From an uncultured delta proteobacterium (GTDB lineage Bacteria > Desulfobacterota > Binatia > UBA9968), in the NCBI GenBank assembly GCA_963847445.1, contig CAWJZV010000048.1:192001-256000 (forward strand): a stretch of 64,000 nucleotides of DNA, read 5' to 3'. Within the stretch, counting starts at the first letter, position 1, and every line of letters begins with the position of its first letter. Position numbers and translations under genes: made by a program. Below are positions 10,581-23,000 of this stretch, piece after piece. The notes beneath the pieces are model-generated. The model was not told where the DNA came from. It did no database searches and saw nothing but the letters and a program-made list of their open reading frames with translations.

Positions 10581-11952
10581 CTAGCCCAATCGGCACCAAC
10601 CAGGCAAATGCAAATTGCTGCGCGCCGGCAAACACCGCTTGAGATTACCAGATCTCGTCCACCGCCGGACATCCTCCATCAGCGCCACCGCTATGGTTGT
10701 GCCGACGGTCCCGGCGGCGGTGCCGAAGGAGCTCAACATCGCCGCCAAAACGCCGTAGTCCTCCTTGGCGACCGAAGCGAAGGCGAGCTTCTGATTGGCC
10801 GGGGTAAAAAATCCGATGCCGGCGCCGAGCAAAGCCAAGACCGCGCCGACCAGACGCAAAATCGGCATCGACACCCAAGCAGGCGTAGCTGGCGATGCCG
10901 GCAACGATCAAACCGATCCCGACCGCCGCCACCGACGAGGCATCGAAGCGATCGGCCAGGCGGCCGCTCAGCGGCGCCGCCAACGCCGTTGACAGCGGTA
11001 GGATCGCCAGCAGGAATCCAGCGGCTACGGCGCTGGCGCCAAGCACGTTTTGCAAATAGAGCGGCGCCGCCAAGGCGATCGGATTGTGGAGCATATGACT
11101 GAGGATCAGCGCGACGATAGCGGCGGACAGCATTTTATTGCGAAAAATCGCCACATCGACCAACGGCTTCGCGGTGCGCAGTTCGATGCCAGACGAAACC
11201 TACCAGCCAACCGTGGCGACGGCAAAGCACACGATCACCGGCAACGAACTCCAACCGAGGCGGGCGCCAAAACTCAAGCCGATTAACAGCGACGGATAAC
11301 CAAGCAGTAAGGCCAACGAGCCCCAGACGTCGAATTTCTCGGGCCGCTGTGCACCGGCGCCACGAAAGATTTTCACCACCGCCAATGTCACCGCCAAGCC
11401 GACGACAAAATTCATCCAGAAGATCCAGGTCCAGCCGCCCATTTGTAAGAGCAAACCGCCGACGGTCGGCCCAGACATGCGCCCGATGGCGATAGCCGAG
11501 GCGAAGGTGCCCAGCACCTGGCCGCGCCGCGCGGCGGCGAAACTGCCGGCCAACAACGCCGTCGACATCGGCAGCGCCATCGCCAGCCCAACCGCCATCA
11601 CCGCGCGCGCGATCAGCAGCTGCGGAAACGATAGCGCCAGCGCGCCCAAGCCGGCGCCGGCGGCGTAAAGCGCCACGCCAATCTTGTAGAGCCGGCGCTG
11701 GCCGAGAATACCGCCGGCACGGCCGAAACAGAACGACAAGCTGGAGATCGTCACCACGCCCATCAGCGTGACCCACTGGATCTCCGACAAACTATTGCCA
11801 AATTGTTTCTGAATCGCCGGTAGGGCGACGCTGATGCTGCCGAAACTGTTGAAGAATAGAAACGCCGCCAGACAGGTCACCGTGAGGATCGCCCGCTCTT
11901 CGGCGATGGATAGATGCTTTGGCGGCGTGGCGGTTTGACTTTGCGCGATCAT
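10581..11952 (-). CDS. MFS transporter, DHA2-like; frameshifted
   Basis: VALPAIQ, GRAGGILGQRR, GPTVGG, WTWIFWMN and GRLADRF; many TM segments. Confidence 0.85.
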
Positions 11953-12270
11953 GGAAGAAGGTCTTGGGGTAATTTTTCTTAGCCCAACTCAAGTCAGAGC
12001 GCCAGCGAACTGCCAAACCATGCGAGATTTTTTCCTGGGAACCAGCGCTCCTGCCGCTGGCAACGCAAACATGGCTAAACAGTTTTCGTAGCGATTCACC
12101 AATTTGTGCAGCCCTGCTCAACCGGAATACCCGGAAAACTGTCCGGCAAAGTATCTAATGATCGCTAGAAATCCCTTGCTTGTCTCTATGTAGCTAGCCT
12201 TGCGTCAAGTGGCATGGGTTTAGCGTTATTGAGTCATCAAACTCAGCCTCAAACTCGACGGGAGATCACT

Positions 12271-13840
12271 ATGGAGAGCATGTTCCTCTGGATCGTATTG
12301 TTTTCTGGAGCGACGGTACTGTTGCTCGGCCTTTTCTTGGTTGCGTCCGAGAAAGAGCTCAAGAAAAAACGCGGCGAAATAAATGATCTGGTGACCCGGC
12401 TCGATGGCGCTCGGACGGCGTCCGCCCCGGCCAGCAGCGAAGGCGGCGGCAACGGCGCCGAGGTCACCGGCCTCCGCGCCAAAAACCAAGAACTGAAAAA
12501 AGAAATGGCCTTGTTGCAAGACGATTTGGATGCCGCCCACCGGGCCATCGACGAGCTACGCTCCAATCAGCCGGCGGCGGCAAACGGCGCGACGCTCGGA
12601 GAAATCGCCCAGTTGCGCAACGCCAACAGCCAACTCGACGCTCAGGTCGAAGAGCTGCGCCGCCAGCTTGAAGCGAGCGCAGCGCAGCTCGAAACTGCCA
12701 GCGCAGCCGACCGCGGCGCCAGCGAACGGCAGACGCAGTTGGAAAATGCGCTCATCGATTTGAAACAGCAATTGGAAAAAAGCCAGGCACAAGTTCGTCA
12801 GCTGGAAAGCTCGCCTACGCCCGTGGTCGATGCGAGCGCCAGCGAAGCCAGCCACCAGGAAGAAAGCCAAAGGCTCCAGGCGAGAATCGCCGAGTTGGAA
12901 AACAGACTTGAGCGCCGGCGCCGAAATTACCCGCCAGCTCGACACCCTGCAGCGGCGCATCCGCGAGTCGGAGAAGCTGGAAAGCGAGCTGCGCGAGTCA
13001 CTGCGGCGGCGCGAAGAAGAGATTCCTCTAGTGGCAAGAGCGGATCGCCGCCAGCGAAGAAATCAAGAAGCGCCTGCTCGCCCTGCAGCCGGTTTACGAT
13101 CAGCTGGTCGCCAAACAAAGCTCGCTCATCGACCATCAACGCGCCTATCATGGCGAGCTAAAATCCTTCGCGCAATTTCTCTCGGCGTCCCACGACGGCA
13201 CCATAGCCGCGCCGACATCTATTCGATCTCCAATCCGAGCAGGAAACGGCCGCGCCGGCAGCGTTGCTGCACATGGCGGCGTCAGGCAACGGCCGCGATG
13301 TCCACCATGCCGCGACGGCATCGGTCCCTACCGCCCCCGCCAATGAAGAATTAACGCCCCCAGGCCAAGCGTGGTCTCGGTATTTTCCACGCTTTGATTG
13401 CCCTGGTGGTGTGCGGGGCCATGGCGGCGCTGTTCTGGAGCCAGAGCGGCGAGCAGCCGGTTATCCACGCCGCCAAACCGTTGACGCTAGCCGGTCCGGA
13501 GAAAAAAGCCGCGCCGACGCCGGTCCAGCTGAAGCGCGCGCCCGCAGGCGAAGCGGTCGCTTCGGCTACACTCGTCGGCAAGGCCAACGAGACAGCGGCG
13601 GCGCAACCGGCAAGACAAACCAAAGTACCGCCGGAGGCAGCCGCGGGCACTTACGAAGTCACTCGCAGCACCCGGGTCTTCGCCGCGCCTACAGAGTTTG
13701 CCCAGCAACTGGGCGAGATCGAACCCGGCCTTAAAGTAAACGTCGTCAACGCCCGCGATGGCTGGCTGGAGATCCACTCCAAACATGGCCGGCCGCCAGG
13801 ATATATCCGCAGCGACGCCGTGGCGCGAGTCGGCGGCTGA
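12271..13840 (+). CDS. Membrane-anchored long coiled-coil protein with a C-terminal SH3-like domain (one frameshifted gene, or two genes)
   Basis: N-terminal TM (MFLWIVLFSGATVLLLGLFLVA), heptad-rich region, a second hydrophobic segment, and C-terminal KVNVVNARDGWLEIHSKHGRPPGYI. Confidence 0.6.
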
Positions 13841-14005
13841 TCACAGCTCGCTGCACGGCAACCGACTTACACCTACGGTACTCGCCATTGCGATCGCCAG
13901 CGCGTTGTTAGACCACTCTCCTCAACGATTCCCTCGCTACTCTCGTCGAACTTAAAGCGCCTCGCGAAGCGCTTTCCGGCATAATCCGGTGCTGCAGCAT
14001 GCATC

Positions 14006-14165
14006 ATGACGAAGGATGTGAGTGAATTTTTTGCCAGCGAGAACATCGATCACGACCATCTATGCGGCCACTCCATGGCCGGCAAGGTGGCCCTGCAACG
14101 CGCCGCGGACAACGCCAGTTCCATCGATGGGCTGGTTGTCGTCGACATCGCGCCCCACACCACGC
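14006..14165 (+). pseudogene. Remnant of a YbfF-like alpha/beta hydrolase
   Basis: LCGHSMAGKVA...LVVVDIAP nucleophile-elbow segment, with no intact N- or C-terminus. Confidence 0.5.
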
Positions 14166-14500
14166 CGACCGCGCGCACGCCGGAAACCTTCCAGGGCCTC
14201 GTGCCACACGAGTTCACATCGTTCTCAAAGATAGCGAACCACCTGTGGCCTTTTCCGACAAAGCCGAAGAGGTTGCCGCAGCGCACCAGTAGTGGAATGA
14301 ATTGCGAAACGGTAGCGTCGTCCCTGACATTATCGGTTTGCGCGAGTGCTTCCATGGGCGACTCCTTCGGCTTGGGTGTACGGAGTTTGTCTTTCCCATA
14401 GCACCGATTTTTTCACCGCGCCAGTGAACACCTGGCGCGGTAGACCAACATTCGGCGCCGTGCTATGAGAAAGGCAACGCGTCGGACAAGGAGGTGAAGT

Positions 14501-14882
14501 ATGGCAAAACGCAAAAGCATTCATATTCCCGGAATGGAACATGGCGCGCCGATCCCCAACGGCGTGGTGATCGGCAACATGGTTTTCTCATCGGCGATCG
14601 GCGGCAAGGACGCCAAGACCGGCGTGATGTCGGACGATCCCGACGAACAGGCCGAAGCGATGTTCCGTAATTTACGACTTTTCATGGAGACGGTCGGCGG
14701 CTCGCTCGACAACATCGCTTACATGAAAGTCTATTTGAAAGATGAAAAATACCGCGACAACGTCAACGGCCCCTGGGAGAAAATGTTTCCCGATCGCCCA
14801 CGACCGCCCGGCCCGCCACGCGCTCAAAGTCGACCTGCGCGGCAAGAATTTGTTTCAGATCGAAGTAACCGCGGTGCTTTAG
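14501..14882 (+). CDS. RidA/YjgF family protein (frameshift near 14795)
   Basis: HGAPIPNGVVIGNMVFSSAIGG, EQAEAMFRNL, RPARH (catalytic-type Arg) and QIEVTAVL. Confidence 0.85.
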
Positions 14883-14899
14883 CGCGCGCTGCGCGCGCC

Positions 14900-14999
14900 G
14901 TTCAAGTTGTTCCAATCGTTCAAGACGTTCAAAACGATATCGGCAACGGGCGAATCTCAGACGGTTTGAACGACTTGAACTGCTGGAACGGTTTGAACC
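14900..14999. repeat. Inverted repeat built from 9-bp units (GTTCAAnnn x4 / nnnTTGAAC x4)
   Basis: gttcaagtt gttccaatc gttcaagac gttcaaaac ... ggtttgaac gacttgaac tgctggaac ggtttgaac. Confidence 0.75.
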
Positions 15000-15075
15000 A
15001 ACAAGGGTTAGATTGGTAGTGAGCTTCGCACAACACAACGAGTTGGAAGTTTTAAAAACATTAGGAGGATAAGTT

Positions 15076-15465
15076 ATGCCCATCGAAGTCATCGACATGG
15101 TCGATTTCGCCCATCAGGAGAAAAAGCGCAAGGAGATCTTCAACACGCCGCGCTTCCACGCCTGGATGCACTATTACAAACCCGGACATAAAGACGACAT
15201 GCACTGCCACAACGCCGATCAGACGTTTTACGTCATCGACGGCGAGTGCACCATGCGCTTCCCCGACGGCGGCAAAGCCGTGCTCAAACCCGGCATGGCC
15301 GCGACCATCACCGGCGGCTCGTTCTATCAGCTGGAAAATGCCAGCGACAAACCGATGATCATGATGGGCAACCGCTCCGGCCCGTCGGAGAATATTCAGA
15401 TCATCGACTACGTCACGCGCAAAGATGTCCGGCAAAAGGTTCAGGAAGAGTTCGCGAAGGCATAA
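15076..15465 (+). CDS. Cupin domain protein
   Basis: MHCHNADQTFYVIDGE cupin motif 1; strong RBS (AGGAGG). Confidence 0.85.
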   Translation: MPIEVIDMVDFAHQEKKRKEIFNTPRFHAWMHYYKPGHKDDMHCHNADQTFYVIDGECTMRFPDGGKAVLKPGMAATITGGSFYQLENASDKPMIMMGNRSGPSENIQIIDYVTRKDVRQKVQEEFAKA

Positions 15466-15470
15466 GAACT

Positions 15471-15570
15471 CGTTCCAATACGTTCAAAGGTTCAAGCCGT
15501 TCCAAGTCGTCTCGGAATTCCGATTCCGACAACGTTTGGAACGGCTGGAACATTTGGAACGATTGGAACG
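15471..15570. repeat. Second copy of the GTTC(A/C)A / T(T/G)GAAC nonamer inverted repeat
   Basis: cgttccaata cgttcaaag gttcaagcc gttccaagt ... gtttggaac ggctggaac atttggaac gattggaac; lies between convergent genes. Confidence 0.75.
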
Positions 15571-15579
15571 CGCTCGAGC

Positions 15580-16586
15580 TTAGAGCGCGTAAAGCCTTTT
15601 CGGATTGTCGTAGCTGATCTTGCGCTTCGCTGCCGTCGGGAATATCGTCGCGCTCGAGAAACTCATCGACGGCTTTCTTCATGCTGACGATGCCCTCGTG
15701 GGGAAAATCGGACGCCCAGAACAAACACTCGTCGCCGAGCAGTTCCAAATCACGGCCGGTGGTCATCTCTTCGCCGCACTGAAAATAAATCTGCCCGCGT
15801 TCGATCAGCTTCGCCGGCGGCAGCGCCTCGCCCATGCGGTTGCCCATCTTGCTCATCAGATACGGCACCCAGCCGCAGCCGGCTTCCAAGAAAGCGATTT
15901 TCAAATCCGGCAGTCGGCCGAGCAATCCGGAGAACATGAAGTTGGTGAACTGGCGCATCTGCGGCCAGACATGGGCCAGCGTCGCCGCCTCGCCGCGCCA
16001 CATGAACAGATCGTTGTTGCGCAAGGAATTCTGCGAGTGCACCGCGAGCATGCAGCCCAAACGATTGGCCTCTTCGTAGACCGGATGAAACTCCGGGTGG
16101 CCCAACGGCCGCGGCAAGCCGTCGGCCGGCAGCACCGCACCGACCATGCCGTAGTCTTTGACGACGCGGCGCAGCTCGGCGACCGCGGCTGGAACGTCTT
16201 GCATCGGCAGAATGGCGATGCCTTTCAAGCGCGGCTCGTGGCGCAGGAAGCGATCGTGCAGATAATCGTTGTAAGCCCTGCTCAAATCCACGGCGAAGTC
16301 GGTCATGCCGACCTGGCCGATATGCATGAAGCGCGTCGGATAAACCACCGCCGCTTCGAGCCTTCCGAGATCCAACGCCTGCTGCCAATCCTGCCAGCGT
16401 CGGAATCAAGAATGACGCGCCGATCCCCTCTCGGCCCGCCTGCCGGTGCCAGCCATGATGCGGCAGCAACGGGAAATACATCACCGCCTCGCGCCGCGCT
16501 TTGTAATAATCCGGCAGATACTCGTACACATCGCTCTCGACCTCGCGAATATGCCCATCGGCATCGATCATCTTCCAGTCAGCCAT
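15580..16586 (-). CDS. Amidohydrolase_2 family protein; frameshifted
   Basis: IDADGHIRE, AYNDYL, LAVH, FLEAGCGW and WASDFPH. Confidence 0.85.
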
Positions 16587-16629
16587 TTGACCCTCCATTC
16601 GTCTTTGCAGTCGAATTCGGAGAATTCCT

Positions 16630-16710
16630 CTCGCCAAGGCGCAAAGACGCCAAGTTCGGAAAAGAATTTATTTCTTAGAACCTTTGCGCCTTTGCGTCCT
16701 TTGCGGCCAG
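16630..16710. repeat. CGC(A/C)AAG / CTTTGCG nonamer inverted repeat
   Basis: cgccaaggcgcaaagacgccaagttcgga ... cctttgcgcctttgcgtcctttgcg; similar to 59570-59675. Confidence 0.65.
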
Positions 16711-16723
16711 ACATCTCTCCGAC

Positions 16724-17483
16724 TCACCCATCGGCGATCATCTCGCCGAATTTGCCGCAGAACTCGCCGATCGGCACCGTTATGAACGAAGTCCGCGACG
16801 CTGTCCAAGCGGGCCTTCTTCACGATTGATAATCGCCAACAGCGCGCCATTGCGTTTCGCCAGACCGGGAAACGACGCCGCCGGCTGCACCTGCAACGAC
16901 GAGCCCATGACGATGAAAACTTCCGCCTGCTCGGTCCATTCCTGCGCTACACGCATCGCCTGCTCGGGCATCGCTTGGCCGAAGGACACCGTCGCCGACT
17001 TGAGGATGCCGCCGCAGCTGTCGCACTTGGGCGAGGCGAAATCGCCGACTAGACTGTTAATGATCGGTTCCGGCGCGAATTCCTTGGTGCAGCTCATGCA
17101 GAGAATCTTACGGTTCGAGCCGTGCAGCTCGACGATCTTGTCGTCGGCAGACCGGCCATGCTGTGCAGGCCGTCGACATTTTGGGTGATCAGGCCGATCA
17201 ATTTTTCTTTCAAGCTTAGCGCTTGGATAAAATGATGACCGACGTTGGGTTTGGCATTGCTATATTGCTCCCAGCCGTCGAGGCGGCGCTTCCACGCTTC
17301 GATGCGCGCCGACTCGCTGGTCATGTATTCTTGAAACGTCACCGGCCGGTAGCGCGTCCAAATGCCGCCGGGGCTGCGAAAGTCCGGGATGCCGGACTCG
17401 GTGCTGATCCCCGCCCCGGTAAAAACCACGATCTCATCGCTCTCGCGAATCCTCGCAGCGAACTCGTCCAGCTTCATATGCAC
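16724..17483 (-). CDS. cobB: Sir2-family NAD-dependent protein deacylase; frameshifted
   Basis: TGAGISTESGIPDFRS, ITQNVDGLH, ELHGS, CxxC..CxxC and GSSLQVQPAA. Confidence 0.9.
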
Positions 17484-17522
17484 GGTTTATAGAACAGCCG
17501 GTGCGCCGCTGACAACCGAAAA

Positions 17523-18754
17523 CTAGTGCGTTACTCCTTTGATCGCGCGCGGCAGCTTGAGCGACATCGCGAGCACGCCCGCGGCGGTGATCAACAACCC
17601 GGTGATCGTAAAGCCCAGCGCAAAGAGTCCGGCGTCGCCCATCATGCCGATAAACGTCGGGATCGCGCCGCCGCCGATCAGGTAGCCAAACGGAATGGTG
17701 AAGCCGACCGCGAGATTGCGCGCTTGTGGCGGCGCGATCACCGCTAGCGCCGCGAAGCCGGCCGGGAAAAACCACACGGCGAGGGCCGGTTGGATGATCA
17801 CTACGGCGCTGATCCAATTGTCGGCGACGAAACCCAAAAGCAAAGTCAGAGCGCCGGTGACGATCAAACTCACCACCATGGTCCGCTTCGGCCCGAGCCG
17901 GTCCGAAGCCCAGCCGCCGAGCATGCCGAACACCGGCCCATAGGAACGCGACAAGGCCGTCACCGTGTTCGCCCAGCTCGCCTCGATATGGCGATCGCTC
18001 ACCAGATAGAGCGGCAACATGGCATAAATCCCAACGGTCGAACTGACGCCCATGCCGAAGAGCATCAACATGATCCAAAACGCCGACGTGCGCACCAGCA
18101 CACCGAAGGCGTTCGACGCCGGCGATTCGCCGGCGAATCGGCCGCCCTGGCCCATAGCGAGAGTAGCCGCATGGTGATCAGCACCGAGGCGCACACCAAC
18201 ACACCCAGCGCGGCACGCCAGGTCGAGTGATGGAGAAATAGTTCGGCGACGAACGGACCGGTGAAAAACGCCAGGTTGGGCGCCAGCTCGTGAATCGCGA
18301 TCGCTTTGCCCCAATGGCGTTGATCGACCAACGCGGTGATGGTCGCGATCGCCGACGGCATGTAAAGTCCGGCGGCCAATCCCAAGGCGTATAACCCGAG
18401 CCGCATCGCCCACAGGCTGGTCGACCCGGAAAGCAGGAACAGCGCCAGGCCGACACCGGTGCCGGAGAGGAGAATCGTCTGCCGATGGCTGGTGCGCGAC
18501 GAGAGAAATCCCGAACCGAGCAAACCCGAGAGATAACCGGCGGAGATCAAGAAGAAAAAAAAGCCCGCCTGGCCATGGCCGATCGCCAGCTCCTTTTCAA
18601 TCGTCGGCAACAGCGGCGAGAGAATCACCCGCGCGATGAAGTTGAGAAAAAAGATCGCCGTCAGAAAAAATACCGGCGCGACCTGTCGCCCAAATGACGC
18701 GCCGGATGCGGCCATCGGCGCGGCAATTTCCGCGCTGGCGCTTTTATTCGACAT
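17523..18754 (-). CDS. MFS transporter; one frameshift
   Basis: FFLNFIARVILSPLLP and GGWASDRLG; about 12 hydrophobic segments. Confidence 0.85.
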
Positions 18755-18858
18755 CGTCTTTGAGGTATCTTCGCGCTGCATCTTCGTAATCGAGACAATG
18801 TCTACAATGGGTTGGCCAAAGAAGCCAACGCCAAACATCGACAAATCCAGGAGGCACC

Positions 18859-19848
18859 ATGTTCGTTACAAGAATTGCGCTGGTCGCTCTACTCTTAACT
18901 GTCAGCGGCCTAACGAACCCGGCATTCTGCGCGACAACGCTGACACCCATGCGCTTGCTCTACCCGAGCTTCGCCGGCAGCTGGGCGACGGCGTGGATCG
19001 CCAAGGAAGCCGGATACTTCAGTGCCGAAGGGCTCGACGTCGAACTCGTCCGCGTCGGCGGCAGTAGCCGAATGGTTGCGGCAATGCTTGGCGGCAGCGC
19101 GCCGATCATTCAGGCCGGCGCCATTGCGGCGCTCACCGCCAACGTCGCCGGCGCCGACGTCGTGATCATCGGTTCTACGGGTACGGTCTCGCCCTTCCGT
19201 CTAATCGCGCGCCCGGAGATCAAGCAGCCGTCCGACTTGAAGGGCAAAAAGGCCGGTATCACAACTTTCGGCTCGACTTCCGATCAAGTCCTGCGCATCG
19301 CGCTCAAGCAGTTCAATCTCGACCCCAGCAAAGATGTCGCGCTGCTCACCTTCGGCGCGCAACCGGAGGCGTTCGCTGCGTTGATGAACGGCATCGTGCA
19401 AGTCGCCGCCCTCAGCTATCCACTTTATCCAAAGGCGATAAAAAGCGGCATGCGCGAGCTGGTCAATTTCGCCGATCTCGGTGTCGAGGACATCAACGGC
19501 ACCGTGATGACGACGCGCGCTTTCGTCGCCCAGCAACGCGATACGGGACTGCGCTTCATGCGCGCCTTCACGCGCGGCATGCAGCGTTATCGCACGGATA
19601 AAGAATTCAGCAAAAAAGTGTTGGCCAAGTACGGCAAGATCAATGACGAGGAAATCTTGGAAGGCACCTGGCAGGACTACGCGCCGACGTTGCAGAAAAC
19701 ACCGCGCCCGTCGCTCAAAGCGGTTCAGTTTATGATTGAGAATCAATTTGCCGGAAAAAAGCCGCTGCCAAAACCCGAACAGTTCGTCGACTTTTCGATT
19801 GTCGATCAATTGGAAAAGAGCGGCTTTTTCGATTCGCTTAATAAATAA
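18859..19848 (+). CDS. ABC transporter substrate-binding protein (SsuA/THI5/NMT1-like)
   Basis: Signal peptide, WIAKEAGYFSAEGLDVE, DLKGKKAGIT and FVDFSIV. Confidence 0.9.
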   Translation: MFVTRIALVALLLTVSGLTNPAFCATTLTPMRLLYPSFAGSWATAWIAKEAGYFSAEGLDVELVRVGGSSRMVAAMLGGSAPIIQAGAIAALTANVAGADVVIIGSTGTVSPFRLIARPEIKQPSDLKGKKAGITTFGSTSDQVLRIALKQFNLDPSKDVALLTFGAQPEAFAALMNGIVQVAALSYPLYPKAIKSGMRELVNFADLGVEDINGTVMTTRAFVAQQRDTGLRFMRAFTRGMQRYRTDKEFSKKVLAKYGKINDEEILEGTWQDYAPTLQKTPRPSLKAVQFMIENQFAGKKPLPKPEQFVDFSIVDQLEKSGFFDSLNK

Positions 19849-20037
19849 TTGAATAAACGCAGAGCGTTACGCAATGCGCCGGGCCAGCTCTTGGATTTGA
19901 TCCATCGAAACTTTCAATTCGCGAGTAAAGACGCGCGGCACACATTCGCCGCAGATTTCATTGGCGAGGTGACTGCTCAGTCTTGCGCGCTGGTTGCAAC
20001 CCACGCAGCCAGTTGAGCACTCAGCGGGGCATTTGAA

Positions 20038-23000
20038 CTATAAGAAACCCGTGTCAGAGCCACTTTCACAGATGACTTGAGCGAGTGCTTCGATACTCAC
20101 GCACAGCAATATCTGCGTGGCGGAAACCGCGCAGTCGAAGTCTTGACGGATACGGTTGGATAGAATCATCGCAACCAGGGAGTCCAGCCCCATCGCCATG
20201 AAACCTTGGTCACTGAAAATCGCCGATTCGGGATAGCCTGAGAGTTCCGCACACTGCGCTTGCAGATAGCGCACGACTTGTTGCAGGGTCAGCGCCGCTT
20301 TGTCGATGCCATCCATGGGTCCGGGAAGCGAACCGGATATCAATTTGCCATCGGCATGCGTGGTGACTCGTTGCAGCGAAGCTGCCAATCCCTGCTGGGT
20401 GATCGGCCGCAGACGAAAACCCTCCAATTGGGCGACCAGTTCTCCGGAATCATTCATAATCGACAAATCGGCAAGCACATTGTTTTCGCTATGCTCGCGA
20501 AGTTGCGCGTAGCACCAAGCCTGCTCGTGGCTCGCTTTGACGTCGTACAGCGACAGCACATCCAGTGAAAACGGCACAAAGGTTATCGAGTTTTGTCGCA
20601 GCTGCTCCTCGGTCTCGATGGTGGCGCAACAGTGCAGCACCTGGCAAGCGGCTTCGATCAGACCTGGGTGCAATCGATAACTGGCGGCGTCAAGGATCGT
20701 GGCGGGACAGACCGCTCGGCAGAGCGCTTCCTGATCGCCCTGCCAGATCGTTTCGATCCAGCGAAACGCCGACCCGGTTCCGCCCTGATTGGCCCAGATT
20801 CTTGAGTAGAACTCGCTGCGCGAAAGCGTCTCCGGGCAGCGCGCTTTGATGGCGTTCAAATCTATTGTAGGCAGCGCAGGAGTCGTCTTCTCCGGCAAAT
20901 GCGCCCGGCCCAAGCCAATCATGTGCGCTGTCCAGGGTTCACTGCCCATTGCCGCTTGGTTAACCTCGGCGCTGGTCAGCTCCAGACTCCAGCCCTGCGC
21001 GTCCGGCTTGAAAATCAACTGGACATCGCGCTCGCATCCGTCCGGCAATAACAAAGGACGCAACAGATAAAGATCTTCAAAGCGATAGCGATTACCTTGA
21101 GTGCCGCCGAGAAATTCCACCGCCTGGGCCAGCATGGCAAAATGGCATGCAGCCGGCGGCAAAGAGACGCCGAAAAGGCGGTGATCGTTGAGGAACTGCG
21201 GCGCGCTCTGGCTGAAACGAGATTCGAAACGGATCTCAGCCGCGCCGGGCAAGCGTAAACGCCGGCCGAGCAGAGGATGGCCGGCCGAATGATTCGCCGC
21301 GGTCGCGACACGATGTTGGGCATTGACCAGCGCACCGTCATACCAATAGCGCGAACGCTGATACGGATAGCTCGGCAAGGATACCGAGCGGAAGTTTTGT
21401 CCCTTTTGCAATGCCGGCCAATCCACCTGGACGCCGCGGACATACAAGCGCCCCACGGTTGCCAGCAAGGCCGCCCAATCGTTATCACCGCGGCGCAGGG
21501 TTGGCACCACGTCGAGCTTGTGCTGCGAAGAGGATTCTTGGGTCAGAAAAGAGAAGATCGCATCGGGGCCAATTTCCACAAACAGATCGCAGCCCGCTTG
21601 CACCATGGCGCGGAATCCCGCGGCAAATTGCACCGGTTGGCGCGCCTGCTGACACCAATAATCCGGGTCGGTGACTTCGGTTGTGACCGCGCGGCCATGC
21701 AAGTTGCCGATCAGACACAGTCTCGGCGCCCGCAGCTCGGTCTTGCTGATTAACTGCCGCAGCGGCGCCAAAACCGGCTCCATCTGCGCGGAATGAAACC
21801 CATGGGACACCGTCAGTTCACGGCAATAGGTTCCTTGCGCTTGCAGCATCGCTTGCAACCGGTCGATGGCGTCCGCCGCGCCGGAAAGCACCGTTTGACT
21901 GGGCGAGTTGATCGCCGCGATAGCTACTGCCGGGAACCTGCGCATCAGCGCATCGAGAGTGGTTTGCTCGGCGGTGACCGCAAGCATCTTGCCGGCACCG
22001 GGCAGCTGCTGCATCAACCGGCCGCGCGCGGCGGCCAATCGCAGCCCGTCCTCAAGCGTGAAAACTCCCGCGACACAGGCGGCGACATACTCGCCCAGGC
22101 TATGGCCCATGACGAACTTTGGTTTGATGCCCCACGATTGCAGCAGTTCAGCCAAGGCGAATTCAAGCGCAAAGAGAGCCGGCTGGGCATAGTCGGTGCG
22201 CTGAATCAGTTCGCCGGAAGCACCGAACATGACGTCGAGCAGCGGCCGTTCCAGATAATCGCGCAAAATTTCATCGCAGCGCTCGAGCACCCTGCGAAAA
22301 TCGGGGTTCGCCTGATAAATCTCTCGGCCCATATTGACGTATTGCGTGCCCTGCCCGGCAAATAGAAAGCCGATCTCGGGGTTGGCGGAAGTCACGGCTT
22401 TGCCGCGCCAACGCCGGTCCACTTCGCCCGACTCCTCGGTCCTGAGATAAACTCTCGCGCATCTGCTGCACCGACGTCACCGACAATCGCCGCGCGATGG
22501 GAATAATGGGATCGGCTTTTCTGACTTGCCGCGGCAATACCGGCCAGATCCGGCCATGGGATTCTGCGCAAGAAATTGGCGGTAACTGCCGGCCAATTCA
22601 TCCAACGCGGCCGCGGACGCAGCGGAGAAAGTCAGCAGATGAGCAGGCAACTCGGTCTGAACCGCAAGCGGTGCGGGCGGGCGCCGCGTCTTGCAAAACG
22701 ATGTGACAGTTGGTGCCGCCAATACCGAACGAAGAAACGCCCGCGATCCGGCGGTTCCCATCGGTCTGGCCAAGGTATGCAACCGGTCAACGATATAGAA
22801 TGGACTTGCATCCAGATCGATTTCCGGATTGGCTTTTTCGAAGTGCAACGTCGCGGGAATCTCACGGTGCTTTAGCGCCAGCACGGTTTTGATCAATCCG
22901 GCGATGCCCGCGGCGGCATCGAGGTGGCCGATATTGGTTTTCACCGAACCCATGCCGCAAACCCACCGCTCGCCGGCGCCGCGCCGAAATGCGCGAGCGA

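Noticed and set aside
14900-15570. Periodic repeats as a CRISPR array
   Set aside because: The units are 9 bp, degenerate and inverted, with no unique spacers and no cas genes.
16724-17483. Sir2 protein as an anti-phage effector (Thoeris/DSR)
   Set aside because: It is a compact CobB-type deacylase with a Zn ribbon in a metabolic neighbourhood, about 13 kb from the TIR gene.
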